Positions 12,980 to 27,240 are shown, counted from the stretch's first letter. The stretch is 64,000 nucleotides of DNA from Laetmonice hystrix (GCA_965235115.1 OZ249436.1:21206001-21270000); one strand, 5' to 3'. Numbers and translations: made by a program. The notes: generated from the sequence alone by a model not told the origin.

Positions 12980-14779
12980 TCTATGTAGGGTCTTGCAGTA
13001 GGCGGGAGTGTGGAGAGACGCCAGTTGCGTGTTGTCGGTCGGACCATCAGTCACTTTTGTGAAACGGCTACCAACATTTTCAAACAGGGAGGGCGTTCAT
13101 TAAAAAAACAGGTCGGAGACCAGGAGGAGCTCTCCCTATATATGCCCCGTCTAAATCCGCCACGAGAAGATGTTTCATAGAAGGGAAACGAAACGCTCTC
13201 AAGTGTCGATATTTCGCAGTACGATGGTGTTAGTTCACACTAGATGGCGCTTCTGGAGGTGGGCCTGTCTCTCTCCCCACACACGGGTGTTGGCGTCGGT
13301 TGGCAGTTGGCACGTGCAGACTCGGCACGTTTATGCAGTCAGTGACAGTCGTGATGTCGACCTTTCTGTCTTCTCCACTATTTGTGTCGTTCAGAACATG
13401 AAATGTTTGATTTTTATTGATATAAATAGACGTGCACCTAGTGGTAGATCTATAACTCATAAAACACGGTAAACATATTGGATGAAAATGTAATCTGATA
13501 TTGACAGTTGAAATAAGGATATCTTAGTTGGAGGAGGACTGAGAGAAAAATAAATATAAATAGAAAACGACTTTACATTCTTTTAGATATTGAGAACAAA
13601 ATTTATCTTTAAGATATTTTTTGTATACATAGAGGAGATGTAGAATTTTATTTATAACAGGTTTTACCTATGCAATATTGCCTTACATAATTATGTCATT
13701 CAGTGATCTCCATCAATAAGGCCGACAGAATACACAAAACAATTGACACCAAGGGCCACAGTAGATGCGGGGTCTCTCTATAAAGATATAAAAAAGTTCC
13801 CAGGGTGGCGGCCTCTAGCGGGTATTACTTGAACTATACATTACTGCACGTTGGATGCATGGTTGAGATCGAGAATCGTCACATTTCTATTACCACGGAC
13901 ACCACACGTAAATCTCTTGAAATAAATGTTAGATTCATTCAGTATTAATCCAGGATATTTAGTAGGCTATACGTATAGAGTCGTCGGGTTGTGATGTCAA
14001 CATAGCGAACACTGGCGAGGCCTATAGAACTGGCCCTCGTTTACGCCCTTATACTTCCCTGTGTCGCTGTGCCTATTGTAAGCTCTTCGGGAAAGTATCA
14101 GTATAGTGGGTATAGTTGCAGGGCGGTACATATACTATTATAGTATCAAATTCTACTGAAACTTTATGAATTGAAGGTGGAGACATGAAACCTTTACGGC
14201 CCTACTGGTTCGACAAGGCACGTGTTCGCGCCATTGTGGCGCAGAGCGGTTTCATGGGAAAACTTCCGTTAGGGTAACGGGGTTTTTGTTTGAATTCGCT
14301 AGTCCGTAACGGAATTCTTAATAGATCCGCGAAACCAAATGTATAAAGTTGTCCCTGTATTATGCCCGGTCAAGAGGAGACGACATAGCCGTGCTGAGAA
14401 AGGTACAAATACCTTTTATATTACAATAATACCTCATTCCCATTGAATCATCCACATGTCAAGTCATGAATTAATATCTCGTTTAGTAACGAACTTATTA
14501 TTAAGGCACGAAACGTGTCTCCCCTCTGTTGTACTTATTGCAGAGACTATAGTACGGCGGGTGTAGAGTCTCTAGATCTACTATTTACGGTATAATTAAT
14601 GGCTTGGTCGGGTAAGGAGGAAGTAGATGTATAAGCGTAGGTATAGTGACAAAAATAAAATCTCTTAGAAATGTGGATTTTAATTACTTGCGTGATGCGA
14701 TTAGAGACATGAGTGCATCATGCACTGCAGAACGCAATTCCAGCGATCGTATCGTTATAGGACTATACGCCCCGTTTAA

Positions 14780-15036
14780 CTCTCTCTCTCTGTCTCTGTT
14801 CCTGTCTCTGTCTCTGTCTCTCTGGGTCTCTGTCTCCTCTCTCTCTCCCCCTCTCTCTCCCGCTCTCTCTTTCCCCTCTCTACTCTCTCTGTCTCTCTGT
14901 GTCTCTCTATCTCTCTCTGTGTCTCTCTCTGTGTCTTTCTCTGTGTCTCTCTGTGTCTCTCTCCCCCTCTCTCTGTCTCTCTCTGTCTCTCTCTCTCTCT
15001 GTCCCTCTCTGTCTGTCTGTCTGTCTGTCTGTCTGC

Positions 15037-15098
<62 letters not shown>
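14780..15098. repeat. Compound CT/GTCT/CA microsatellite
   Basis: Interrupted (CT)n, (CTGT)n and (CA)n tracts. Confidence 0.95.
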
Positions 15099-15231
15099 GT
15101 TATTGCAGCGAATCACGGAGTCTTAGGGTGTTGGGCCGGTGTCCAGTCAGTTCTATAACAAATTACTACGTTCCCTTGTACTCGTTGACCCGTGTATTGG
15201 ATCACCCGTTTGCCCTCCTCAAACTAAAACC

Positions 15232-15450
15232 CAAGGGTGTAGCCAGAGGGGGTTCCGCGTTTATACTCCCAAAAATAAGTGATAAATAAATAACTGGCCT
15301 AAAAAATGAAATTTATGATTAAGTAAAACGTATAGTGCTTCTGGGGCCAGGAGTGGCCCCTGACTCCCGGTCACATAGTGATTCATGCGGCACGAAGAAG
15401 AAGACAGTAGTTGGACCCCCCCCCCCCCAACTCAGTTCTGCCTACACTGC
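15232..15450. mobile_element. Degenerate MITE related to 5064-5305
   Basis: Starts CAAGGGTGTAGCCAGAGGGGG; poly-C followed by TTCTGCCTACAC at the other end. Confidence 0.45.
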
Positions 15451-16884
15451 CTACAAAAGCTATCATCCTAGTTCTTATGTCTTGGCCTTTTTTGGGGCTA
15501 GCATGTTTGTTGTGAATTAAGGCCAAATATAAACAAAGTTTCCAAAGGAGTTTTTTTAGTTCCAAAAATTGATATTTTATGCATGGCAGTAGACACGTTA
15601 TTATACTTGTTTATAATGGCGGTGAATGGACATTTTCTTCTACTGACGAGGAAGAAAATTTGTTTTAAAAAAAATCTCTGTGGTCAAAGTTTCTGAAATT
15701 CTCAGTTCAACTGGCATGTTTTCAAAAACGAAAACATCGCAAGAATACAGGGTTTCCCGCCTAATATGGGTGACCATTTATTGGCATGACATACGAAATG
15801 AAACATGATTTTTAGTGATGTTCTAAAAGCAAAACGGCATGGGTTTTTTTCATTTGCTGGATAGGCTACTCCCCTGCCATTGCCACCGGGGGCAGCACCC
15901 GCGAACATCCTTAAATGTTATTTTTTTTTGGGGGGGGGGGGGCTTATATGGGGGTAAATATTCTCGTACACTGATCAGCTTGACTTTGTCTCAGGGACAC
16001 AACCTTACCCCAATAAAATTTAACATTTTTCAATGTCACTCTATTTTCAATTCTTTTTTTCTCTGCTCTCCATAGAGCAAGCTTCACTGCCTTTACATTA
16101 AGCAATCCTTCTTTCTGTATACCTTGAGGGAGATGAATTTGTTGATGCAATCTACTATAAAACGTATTTGCGGATGTAAAGGCAGCCTTCGTTGTATACA
16201 AATAGTAATCAATCCAATCTAGAAAGTCAAAACTGGTCAATTACATGACAAAGGATCAACGGGGTCTCATCTCCCTGTAATCTGACGATAAGCTGAAAAT
16301 CGTCCACACCCGGGGGCAGGCAAAATTAGACAACTGTGGTATAACCGCGGGAAGTGGTAAACACTATCAGATAGAAAATTTAGACCTGTCAGAGTCACGC
16401 GTAATGACGACGTAAGAACACCGTAAGAACGCGATACGCCGTGACGCTTGACGTGAACACTTTGACAGGTCTCGCGAAATGTGTCCGTCAAAATACAGGT
16501 GGTTGGAGCGCGGGCGGTGGCAGCCGTCTGCGTGAAACCGTTGCGGGCTGGCACTATCTTGAAATAGAAACCACCTTGTGTAAATACCTCGAAGCAAGAT
16601 GGGTCTGATTACACTTTGTTCTTCAACCACTGTGTGCTAGCCTGTAATACAAGGACAGCACAACGGGGTGCAGTTGGAGGCGGTATATGTCCCGAGGTCG
16701 GGTGTATATGGGATAAGATAAATGACATTACCACTGGAGTTGGGTTGTATGGTAAGCTGCGGCAATACCTGGCACGAGGTGGCCCTCAATCTTCGGCTGG
16801 TTTCAATTGCCTCCAATCACAATTTGGGTTTCGCCTCACTCAAGGTCATCGGTACCTGGAAATGTCTGACACTTTAAACAATGG

Positions 16885-16988
16885 AGAGAGGGAGAGAGAG
16901 AGGGAGGGAGAGAGAGGGGGGCATAGAGAGGGACAGAGTCAGAGACAGAGACAGAGAGACAGACAAAAAGACAGACAGACTGAGACAG
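16885..16988. repeat. GA/GACA microsatellite
   Basis: Interrupted (GA)n/(GACA)n. Confidence 0.85.
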
Positions 16989-17068
16989 GGGAGGGGAATG
17001 GTCGTGGGAATAGAAATGTACACACGGTATGTAATACCTTTATGAATAGCAATACTTCTGACAAACAT

Positions 17069-18068
17069 GTGGGCCTAAAAATTTTGGAACACTTTTTTCT
17101 TGGCTGTAACTTCTATAATCTTTGCCACAATGTCATAATATTTGGAACATGATATAATCTGGTTAATTGGGGCATTTCAGATAAATAGGTCAAAATGTCT
17201 AAAAAAAAATAGGGCCATTTTAAAAACTGCATGTCAAAAATTGCAATGCCGGACCAGGCGTCCTCGGCACAGTTGGTCCCGTTGTGTCTGGAAAACTATT
17301 TACTTGACTATAGCTTCTACAATTTTTATAGTTTGTCACTGATATTTAGGGCACCATGTTATGTGGTTAATAGCATATTGTGGTGAAAATTTTAGGCAGA
17401 TAGGCCAAAAACTCTTTATGTGGAAACAAATCAAACATCACAATGTCGAAAAATGCAATGCCGGGGAGCCAAGTGTCACCTACCTATTTCAGTTGAAATG
17501 AAAAGGTGATCGATGTGACCCCCATCCTGTTCACTGTTCACACACAACCCTTAGTCCCTTTTTGAATATCGCGGCTGACTTCCTGACTTCTTCTCGAGTA
17601 ATTCTCTCCCACCTTTCCCGAATTTTCTCCTTCAGTTCGTTCTCGCCGAATTTTTGTTTGCGACCTTTATAGACTTTTTCAGACACGGAATCCCAAATGG
17701 TGGAATCCATGGGGTAGTCGGGACTGACCACCAGTTTTTGGCAGGGGGCATTTCATACATTTGACGTCACGCCATTCAGACACAGTGGCAACAACCCTGC
17801 CTTAATTGGGACACACACCAAGAAAACTGGGTCATTCAACGCAAGACGTGCAGCTTCACGCTAATGACGCTGATCCTGAATTACAATTTTTGACACGAAT
17901 TTAAAAAAAATGGCCCTATTTGTAGACGTTTAGACCTATTTATCTAAAATTTGTACCGGCCCCAAATAACCAGATGATATAATGTTCCAAATATTATGAC
18001 ATTGGGGTAAAAAGTATAGAAGTTACAGTCAAGAAAAGAGTGTTCCAAAATTTTTTTGGCCCACCCGA
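17069..18068 (-). mobile_element. Internally deleted Tc1/mariner-superfamily transposon
   Basis: ~150-170-bp imperfect TIRs: GTGGGCCTAAAAATTTTGGAACACTTTTTTCTTGGCTGTAACTTCTATA... and ...TATAGAAGTTACAGTCAAGAAAAGAGTGTTCCAAAATTTTTTTGGCCCACCCG. The right end is followed by GATA (TA at 18069-18070); the left tip is eroded. Confidence 0.85.
17490..17731 (-). pseudogene. Tc1/mariner transposase C-terminal remnant
   Basis: SPDYPMDSTIWDSVSEKVYKGR...ELKEKIRERWERITREEVRKS...GLRVVCEQ, then DGGHIDHLF after a 7-bp duplication (TGAACAG twice). This matches the SPDLNP.D..IW...GG.IDH.F tail of Tc1/mariner transposases. Confidence 0.85.
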
Positions 18069-18110
18069 TATGTCTGCAGAATGATTTATAAAAAGAATTA
18101 ATAAACTTAG

Positions 18111-18127
18111 CTCTCTCTCTCTCTCTT

Positions 18128-18184
<57 letters not shown>

Positions 18185-18228
18185 CTCTCTCTTTCTTTCT
18201 CTCTCTCTCCCTCTCTCTCTCTCTCTAT
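18111..18228. repeat. (CT)n microsatellite
   Basis: Long CT/CTTT tract. Confidence 0.95.
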
Positions 18229-20069
18229 CTGGGGGTGTAGTGCCATTATGCACGCGCAGAATGACCACAGCTGTGTCCATCATTTTTTAACGTATTTTGA
18301 GACATAAATATTGAAATTAGAGCGATTGTTGCACTTTTTCAGGAGGCAAGACACATCGATGGATATTTTATATTATCTATCACTGGGGTGAGCATAGGCC
18401 TACTCTTTAAAAAAAGTGTCGTAGGAAAATGGCAAAAGAAGAGAATGAAAGAATTATTTGACATACATAGCCAGTTATATTTACATTATTCATATCTAGA
18501 CATGTTGTAGTGTGCTTCTGTGGCCACCGTAATTACATGGCAACCACTCTGGCCCGTGTACAGCAAACATATGGCCCCAGTCCTCATCACTTGGCGACTT
18601 TCTCCGCACCTTTCAGCCTGGGGAAATGTTGCCCTTCATTCATTGTCTAGAAATCGTTATCGACCGTTCTGATCAATCAACTACCAAGACTTTCCTGACT
18701 TTTGTTTTCGTCCACAAAGCAGTCCGTGACCAGCTGTACCTACAGATCTGACCCTTTCCCCGGTCCCCCACAAAAGCGCCCCGTTCGCCCCCGGGTTTGG
18801 GTTATAACCCTCGCCGTGGTTTCTAATACGGCGGTGTCCATGAGGTCCACTGAACGGAATGGTAAGCACTGCTAATTATGGTCCACGCAGGACGCGTGAA
18901 ATATGGTCCCGTAATGTAGAACCTGCGAAAAAAAGTATTTTGGTTTGAGAGAGATGCAGGACTATAGATGAGGCGGGGCCGGGGGCCGAAAGATCTGGCG
19001 AATCGTTGAAATTCCTGTCTTTAATCAAGTTGTGTCCCCCCATGCTGGACCGCCATAAATTTACAGATGGGACAGGTTAAAGTGGTGTGCTTTTCACCGC
19101 CAGTTGCGATAAGATTCACAGCAACAGGAGACCTTTTTGGGCAGAGAATATATGTATGGAGAGACCTCCGGTAGTGTGAGTGTGTGTGCTGAGGGGATGG
19201 ACCCCGGCTGGACGGGTAATTTATAACCCAGGATGCTAAATCTGGACCACAAGTCTGAAAAAAAGGTAGAAAATGAGCAGGCTCTCACTCTGATGCCCAC
19301 CTGCGGCTAACGGTGGCAATTTTCCAACAGTTGGCGACGAAAGAGATAGATATTATCAGTCCAGCTGACCATGTAACAGGGATGGAGGCTGTCAACCCTT
19401 ACCCATGTTTTTTAAAAAAACCTTTGTATACTTGTGGTTTTAGATGCAGAAAAAGGACAACAACACGGTTTTAGCACATCCTCGGGTCTCAACGGTCACA
19501 TGTAAGTGACTTTATTATACACCGGCCTCCATTAAGCGTTAACGACCACTCACGTAAGAGCATACGGCATTTGTCAGTTTAATGGTAATTTTTAGGAGGG
19601 GAACTCCAACAGTTACTGTGGCCATGCAGCTGCCCATTGTGGACTGTCGACTGTCAGATATTTTATTCGGCAAAACTTAAAAACGACCCTTTCCATGTTG
19701 TATGGTCAGGTGGACATGTACAGTTCGCTGCTTGGTACATCGCCCGTGATAACGACATATTTTGGCGAAAGCAAAGATCCATGCCTGACCTTATCCCTAA
19801 CCCCGGTCCTCACACACCTCCCAAAAACATATCCCTATATCCTATTCCTATCCATACTCCTGTACGACCTTATCCCGAACCCCTTTACCTGCCCAAAAAT
19901 TCTGTGGGGAAGTTACCTTGGGGGAATAACCGATATGTTATCTTGATATAAATCCATAAACATTTGAATCCAAAGTGGTGCTGACAAACTGCTTCATGCT
20001 GGCGGTCGGAGGAACGTCGTACAGTCTAGAGGCCGGTCGTATGTATGACGTATAGACGGACACAGAGTC

Positions 20070-20238
20070 CAGGGCCGTGCCCAGGTTTTTTTTTGGGTGT
20101 CTGTAACCCCCCTGGGTGCCAAAGATTTTTTTATTTTTAGTTTTTTTAGGTCCTAACACTTGGATCTGTCCACTGCAACCCCCCTCCCCTGCACCAGTAA
20201 CCCCCCCCCCCTTGCACCAATCTCTGGGCACGGCCCTG
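20070..20238. mobile_element. MITE with perfect 15-bp TIRs and 5-bp TSD
   Basis: CAGGGCCGTGCCCAG / CTGGGCACGGCCCTG; GAGTC on both sides. Confidence 0.92.
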
Positions 20239-20687
20239 GAGTCCGTATGTGATCCGATCTGAATCAAAGAAAACACACACAGACAATAATCAGTTTAATT
20301 CGGTAATATGACTATAACAAAGTTAAACCATGCAGCCGCTGTAAGCCATCCCTAGTATAGCGGATACCTTTCCGTAGGTAAACTGCTGTGTGATATTTTA
20401 CATGATGAGAACTGAAATATAGTCAAGCCACGGGCGACGGGAACGGTGAACCACGACGACAATTTCGATGTTGAACTGTGACAACTGTATGTTGAGTAGC
20501 GGTGGCCGGAAGATTTATTCACCGTGCCTAGGTTGACCTCCCAGACGATTTAAACAGCCCTGCGGTAGCGTGGGAAGGGGGGCGGGGGCGCTTACAGTTT
20601 CTGAGCCTGGGGTCACACCGGGATCCGATCCTCGCCATCAGGGCCACTGAGAGGGAGGGTGATTGAGGGAGTGAATAATGATGGAAC

Positions 20688-20695
20688 GAGAGAGA

Positions 20696-20755
<60 letters not shown>

Positions 20756-20887
20756 CAGACAGACAGAGACAGAGAGAGGGAGACAGAGACAGAGACAGAG
20801 ACAGAGACAGAGACAGAGACAGAGACAGAGAGAGAGAGGGAGACAGAGACGGAGACAGAGACAGAGACAGAGAGGAGAGAGAGAGAG
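20688..20887. repeat. GA/GAGACA microsatellite
   Basis: (GA)n followed by (GAGACA)n. Confidence 0.95.
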
Positions 20888-21887
20888 GTAGCCGAGCTGT
20901 CTGACAAGATTTATTGGTCGGGGTCAATGCAAGGTTGGCGTAACAATGGTGAGGAGTGTGATGCGATCTTGGAAGACCCACCGCGGTCGGCGATTCAATG
21001 TGCGCCTTCATTATATAGTAGTTATTGGACTAAGGTGAACAGACCCACAGGGGTCTACACCTTCAATCCCCTCGCTTGCCTCATCGGATATCCTATACCT
21101 GTGCATAGATGCCGAATCGAATGCAATATAATGTAGTGTCCCTGCAGAGCTAACACTGGGAGAAATTTACACAAATCTATATGACAGCCTCTGAACACGT
21201 TTCCGTAACTAACTTTGATGGTCTCAGCGTGAGGATATACTTGGTCTAAGATTATTTGAATATTTTTAAAATATACTTAGTATTTGACAGGTTCTGAACA
21301 CTTATATACAGGCTGGTCCAAAAATGTTACCAATTGTTGTCATTTCCATGCAGGAAAATGAATGTGAACCATAGTTGGTGCTTCCAAGTTTTATCTCACA
21401 GCGTCAATGGATCCAGAAACTCGACATTGAGTCCAGGAGAGGGTCAGGATTGTTGAGGCCTATTTTAGGAAATCAAAAATTGAGGTGTTTGCCTCCTGAT
21501 TTCCTTGGTGATTCGTTGTCTCAGAGTCTCAATGTTGTTTGCCGTCCTAGCACTGTCACCTTTATTTTTATCTAGAACACCTCCGTTTCCCGGAATTTGT
21601 CCAGGAGACGCCTATAACTCTGATTCTACTATATTTTCTTCCTGGAAAGACCCTCCTAAATTGTCGTTGAGTGAGAACTATTGATTTGATGACTCGGTGA
21701 CGAGAGGCCTATTTATTACAAGTCAAGTCACTTGAATAGAATAGCCCTTTATATTCAATGAAGAATTATATACATCCCCCTAATATGAAAGAGGCATACG
21801 ATAAGATCTTGTACAATAAAAGGCTAACAAATTAAATATACTCGGAAGGACCTGCATGGTTTCAAGTGCGCGGAGTTTGTGTGTGGA

Positions 21888-22138
<251 letters not shown>

Positions 22139-23027
22139 ATCTGACCATTATAAGAAAGCCATAAGTCACGATGAGAGCTGGTCCATCCAGCCCTCTCACC
22201 CCTTCCTCCAAACACCCGGTCCACCCCTCCCCCTCTCCCCCTCTCCCCCTCTCCCCCTCACACTCCTCGCTCCCTCACCAAGCTGACCACACGCACGCAT
22301 GGCAAGCCAAGCAGCCCAGCTCGCCCCCATCCAGAATGCAGAAGACTTGTTAAGCTGGCGTGTTTCTGCTCGTCGAGCAGGCGGCAGGTATGGGCCGAAC
22401 TGACCGTGACGGCCCGCCCGGCCCCGGACACCCAGCCCGGGGATGTCGGCAGTCACCAGCCGCGTGGTCGATGGCGCCCGCCCTCCACCGCCCGTGTCAT
22501 CGTTGTTTTGTCCACTTTATGCAATAATTGGATCAAACGCTCAGCACTGATCTCTTCCGGACACGCATCAGGTCCCCCTACTTGTCACCGAGGGACGACC
22601 CGTTAGACGGACGTTGTCCATACATTTGGAGGGACCGGTCGGCTGACTGGCTGACTGACTGCCTCCTGTCTCCCGTGACCGCACCTCGCCCTCCCAACCG
22701 TCCCTCGTCCACTGCTGGGGCTGCGGGTTGCAGGTGTCAGTGCAGAACGTAACAATACTTTCTCGCCTGGCCAAAAGGATGGCATTAATGTATGGGTTTA
22801 CGGGACAGGGGGCATAAAGGCTAATTAAACAGACAAGGCCGTACGATTGGACTTGGCCAACCGAATCTACATGGAAACCGACCGATAACTGTTCTATAAT
22901 CGTACGCTTCTCAACAGGTGATGAGGGTGTGTGCAGCATCATAACCAATAAGATGTGAAATTCAAATGATTAAAATGCTCTATGAATAGCAATAGCACGT
23001 ATCAATGGTCAATAAGTTACACGTTAC

Positions 23028-23288
23028 CAGGGCCGGATCCGGGGGGGGGGGGTTGTGGGGGTTGCAACCCCCCTGAGAAATCCCCCAAAAAAAGAAAAAA
23101 AAGAAAGAAAACAGAAAGAAAAAACAAAGGTGTCAAATGTTCGTCCTCCAGCCCAGGAACCACAGTGTGAATCTAGGATCTAAAGCAATAAGTAGCCTAT
23201 ACGTTATATATTTCATAAAATAATAATAATTTCGGACTTGACGACTGCAACCCCCCCCCCCTTGAAAAAAATCCCGGATCCGGCCCTG
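23028..23288. mobile_element. MITE with perfect 16-bp TIRs and 5-bp TSD
   Basis: CAGGGCCGGATCCGGG / CCCGGATCCGGCCCTG; GTTAC on both sides; paralog at 29033-29421. Confidence 0.93.
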
Positions 23289-24355
23289 GTTACGTATCAT
23301 CAAACAGTCTCGATCGTTTCGATCACTCGAGACTATTTTTTTACCATCTACAATTTCCACCCATTTTCTCTCCCACATTTTTACCGATGAATATAGTGTG
23401 TATGAGGATAGGTATGTGTAGGCCTACGTTCAGAGGGTCGTATCCAGATTACGCGGAAATGTAGAGGTTCAGACTCCACGGTCAATTATGCATATGTTAT
23501 TACCTCCTACATGTTATATACGGAGATCATTCTGGTTCTAGATTAAACAGAATAACTGGAACGTGAGAGCTTGATATACTAAGATGTTATGAGGAAGGTG
23601 ATTATGGGCAGCATCATGCTGACCGATGACGTTCCGTGTCAGTAGAATAAAATAAAACGACAAAAACTTTTTTTCTGGAGTATTACGTCCGTATTAATAC
23701 ATGAGTTGTGATTGCAGATACTATCGAGTGGTTTTTGCTGATGCTTGGTTTGTATCGTACGTATCTGTATATCCGTATACATATGGCGTGATGATATTAC
23801 AGAAAAAACTTTGACACCTCCAAGCCATCAATCATAACAGAGTAAAAAGCAAGACAGGTTAATGTACTCTGCCACAAGGCCCGATGTGTTTTATAACCAT
23901 GTATAATGCATTATTTTAAAGCGAGCCGTAGTTTAATGAAGACGTGAGTCGACCTCGACGCGCTGACATGTTCTCATGCCCGTCACGTGCCCAAATGCAC
24001 AGAAGAGTTTGCTAGTAACTATGACAACTGATTGATGATAACTATTGATTGCTTTGATATACATTAAGCATCAGAGGGACCACAATGTTTCCTAAATGTA
24101 GACCAGAAAAGTACTCATATAGAAATAGAAAGGTATACGGTTAACAATGAGGATTGGAATGGTGGAGTGCGATTTAAAAATCAATAAAATAATATCGAGG
24201 ATGGGGGCATTTATCACCTATGGGATGATATTGCCTGAATCGGGAGCCAGATTTCATGTAATCAGCAGGCCATCAATTATATTAGAACATAACCGAAATG
24301 ACAATAAACGATCGACCTGAAGCAAGTCGTTAAGACATCGGTTCCTTTCTACGGA

Positions 24356-27240
24356 GATAACGGACTCGGTAAGATAGTTTTGGTGTGGTGTAGAAGTGGA
24401 GGTACAGATCTGTGATAACGGACTCGGTAAGATAGTGTTGGTGTGGTGTAGAAGTGGAGGTACAGATCTGTGGTAACGGACTCGGTAAGATAGTTTTGGT
24501 GTGGTGTAGAAGTGGAGGTACAGCTCTGTGATAACGGACTCGGTAAGATAGTGTTGGTGTGGTGTAGAAGTGGAGGTACAGATCTGTGGTAACAGACTCG
24601 GTAAGATAGTTTTGGTGTGGTGTAGAAGTGGAGGTACAGATCTGTGGTAACGGACTCGGTAAGATAGTTTTGGTGTGGTGTAGAAGTGGAGGTACAGATC
24701 TGTGGTAACGGATTCGGTAAGATAGTTTTGGGGTGGTGTAGAAGTGGAGGTACAGATCTGTGGTAACGGACTCGGTAAGATAGTTTTGGTGTGGTGTAGA
24801 AGTGGAGGTACAGATCTGTGATAACGGACTCGGTAAGATAGTGTTGGTGTGGTGTAGAAGTGGAGGTACAGATCTGTGGTAACGGACTTGGTAAGATAGT
24901 TTTGGTGTGGTGTAGAAGTGGAGGTACAGATCTGTGATAACGGACTCGGTAAGATAGTGTTGGTGTGGTGTAGAAGTGGAGGTACAGATCTGTGGTAACG
25001 GACTTGGTACGATAGTTTTGGTGTGGTGTAGAAGTGGAGGTACAGATCTGTGGTGACGGACTCGGTAAGAGTGGTAACGGACTCGGTAAGATAGTTTTGG
25101 TGTGGTGTAGAAGTGGAGGTTTAGATCTGTGGTAACGGACTCGGTAAGATAGTTTTGGGGTGGTGTAGAAGTGGAGGTACAGATCTGTGATAACGGACTC
25201 GGTAAGATAGTTTTGGTGTGGTGTAGAAGTGGAGGTACAGTCTGTGGTAACGGACTCGGTAAGATAGTTTTGGTGTGGTGTAGAAGTGGAGGTACAGATC
25301 TGTGATAACGGACTCGGTAAGATAGTTTTGGTGTGGTGTAGAGGTGGAGGTACAGATCTGTGGTAACGGACTCGGTAAGATAGTTTTGGTGTGGTGTAGA
25401 AGTGGAGGTACAGTCTGTGGTAACGGACTCGGTAAGATAGTTTTGGTGTGGTGTAGAAGTGGAGGTACAGATCTGTGGTAACGGACTCGGTAAGATAGTT
25501 TTGGGGTGGTGTAGAAGTGGAGGTACAGATCTGTGGTAACCGACTCGGTAAGATAGTTTTGGTGTGGTGTAGAAGTGGAGGTACAGATCTGTGGTAACGG
25601 ACTCGGTAAGATAGTTTTGGTGTGGTGTAGAAGTGGAGGTACAGATCTGTGATAACGGACTCGGTAAGATAGTTTTGGTGTGGTGTAGAAGGGGAGGTAC
25701 AGATCTGTGGTAACCGACTCGGTAAGATAGTTTTGGTGTGGTGTAGAAGTGGAGGTACAGATCTGTATTAAGGGACTCGGTAAGATAGTTTTTGTGTGGT
25801 GTAGAAGTGGAGGTTTAGATCTGTGGTAACGGACTCGGTAAGATAGTTTTGGTGTGGTGTAGAAGTGGAGGTACAGATCTGTGGTAACAGACTCGGTAAG
25901 ATAGTTTTGGGGTGGTGTAGAAGTGGAGGTACAGATCTGTGATAATGGACTCGGTAAGATAGTTTTGGTGTGGTGTAGAAGTGGAGGTACAGATCTGTGA
26001 TAACGGACTCGGTAAGATAGTTTTGGTGTGGTGTAGAAGTGGAGGTACAGATCTGTGGTAACGGATTCGGTAAGATAGTTTTGGGGTGGTGTAGAAGTGG
26101 AGGTACAGATCTGTGGTAACGGACTCGGTAAGATAGTTTTGGTGTGGTGTAGAAGTGGAGGTACAGATCTGTGGTAACGGACTCGGTAAGATAGTTTTGG
26201 TGTGGTGTAGAAGTGGAGGTACAGATCTGTGGTAACGGATTCAGTAAGATAGTTTTGGTGTGGTGTAGAAGTGGAGGTATAGATCTGTGGTAACGGACTC
26301 GGTAAGATAGTTTTGGTGTGGTGTAGAAGTGGAGGTACAGATCTGTGATAACGGACTCGGTAAGATAGTTTTGGTGTGGTGTAGAAGTGGAGGTACAGAT
26401 CTGTGGTAACGGATTCGGTAAGATAGTTTTGGTGTGGTGTAGAAGTGGAGGTACAGATCTGTGATAACGGACTCGCTAAGATAGTTTTGGTGTGGTGTAG
26501 AAGTGGAGGTACAGATCTGTGATAACGGACTCGCTAAGATAGTTTTGGGGTGGTGTAGAAGTGGAGGTACAGATCTGTGGTAACGGACTCGGTAAGATAG
26601 TTTTGGTGTGGTGTAGAAGTGGAGGTACAGATATGTGGTAACGGACTCGGTAAGATAGTTTTGGTGTGGTGTAGAAGTGGAGGTACAGATCTGTGGTAAC
26701 GGACTCGGTAAGATAGTTCTGGTGTGGTGTAGAAGTGGAGGTACAGATCTGTGATAACGGACTCGGTAAGATAGTTTTGGTGTGGTGTAGAAGTGGAGGT
26801 ACAGATCTGTGATAACGGACTCGGTAAGATAGTTTTGGTGTGGTGTAGAAGTGGAGGTACAGATCTGTGATAACGGACTTGGTAAGATAGTGTTGGTGTG
26901 GTGTAGAAGTGGAGGTACAGATCTGTGATAACGGACTCGGTAAGATAGTTTTGGTGTGGTGTAGAAGTGAAGGTACAGATCTGTGATAACGGACTCGGTA
27001 AGATAGTTTTGGTGTGGTGTAGAAGTGGAGGTTTAGATCTGTATTAACGGACTCGGTAAGATAGTTTTGGTGTGGTGTAGAAGTGGAGGTACAGATCTGT
27101 GGTAACGGACTCGGTAAGATAGTTTTGGTGTGGTGTAGAAGTGGAGGTACAGATCTGTGGTAACAGAGTCGGTAAGATAGTTTTGGTGTGATACAGAAGT
27201 GGCGGTTTAGATCTGTTTTGGTGTGCTGTGGAAGTGGAGG
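24356..27240. repeat. 58-bp minisatellite, ~50 copies
   Basis: Unit TAACGGACTCGGTAAGATAGTTTTGGTGTGGTGTAGAAGTGGAGGTACAGATCTGTG(G/A); one truncated unit near 25070; degenerate last unit. Confidence 0.98.

Noticed and set aside
24356..27240. Long regular arrays (here and elsewhere) as CRISPR loci
   Set aside because: Units are contiguous with no unique spacers, there are no cas genes, and the context is eukaryotic.
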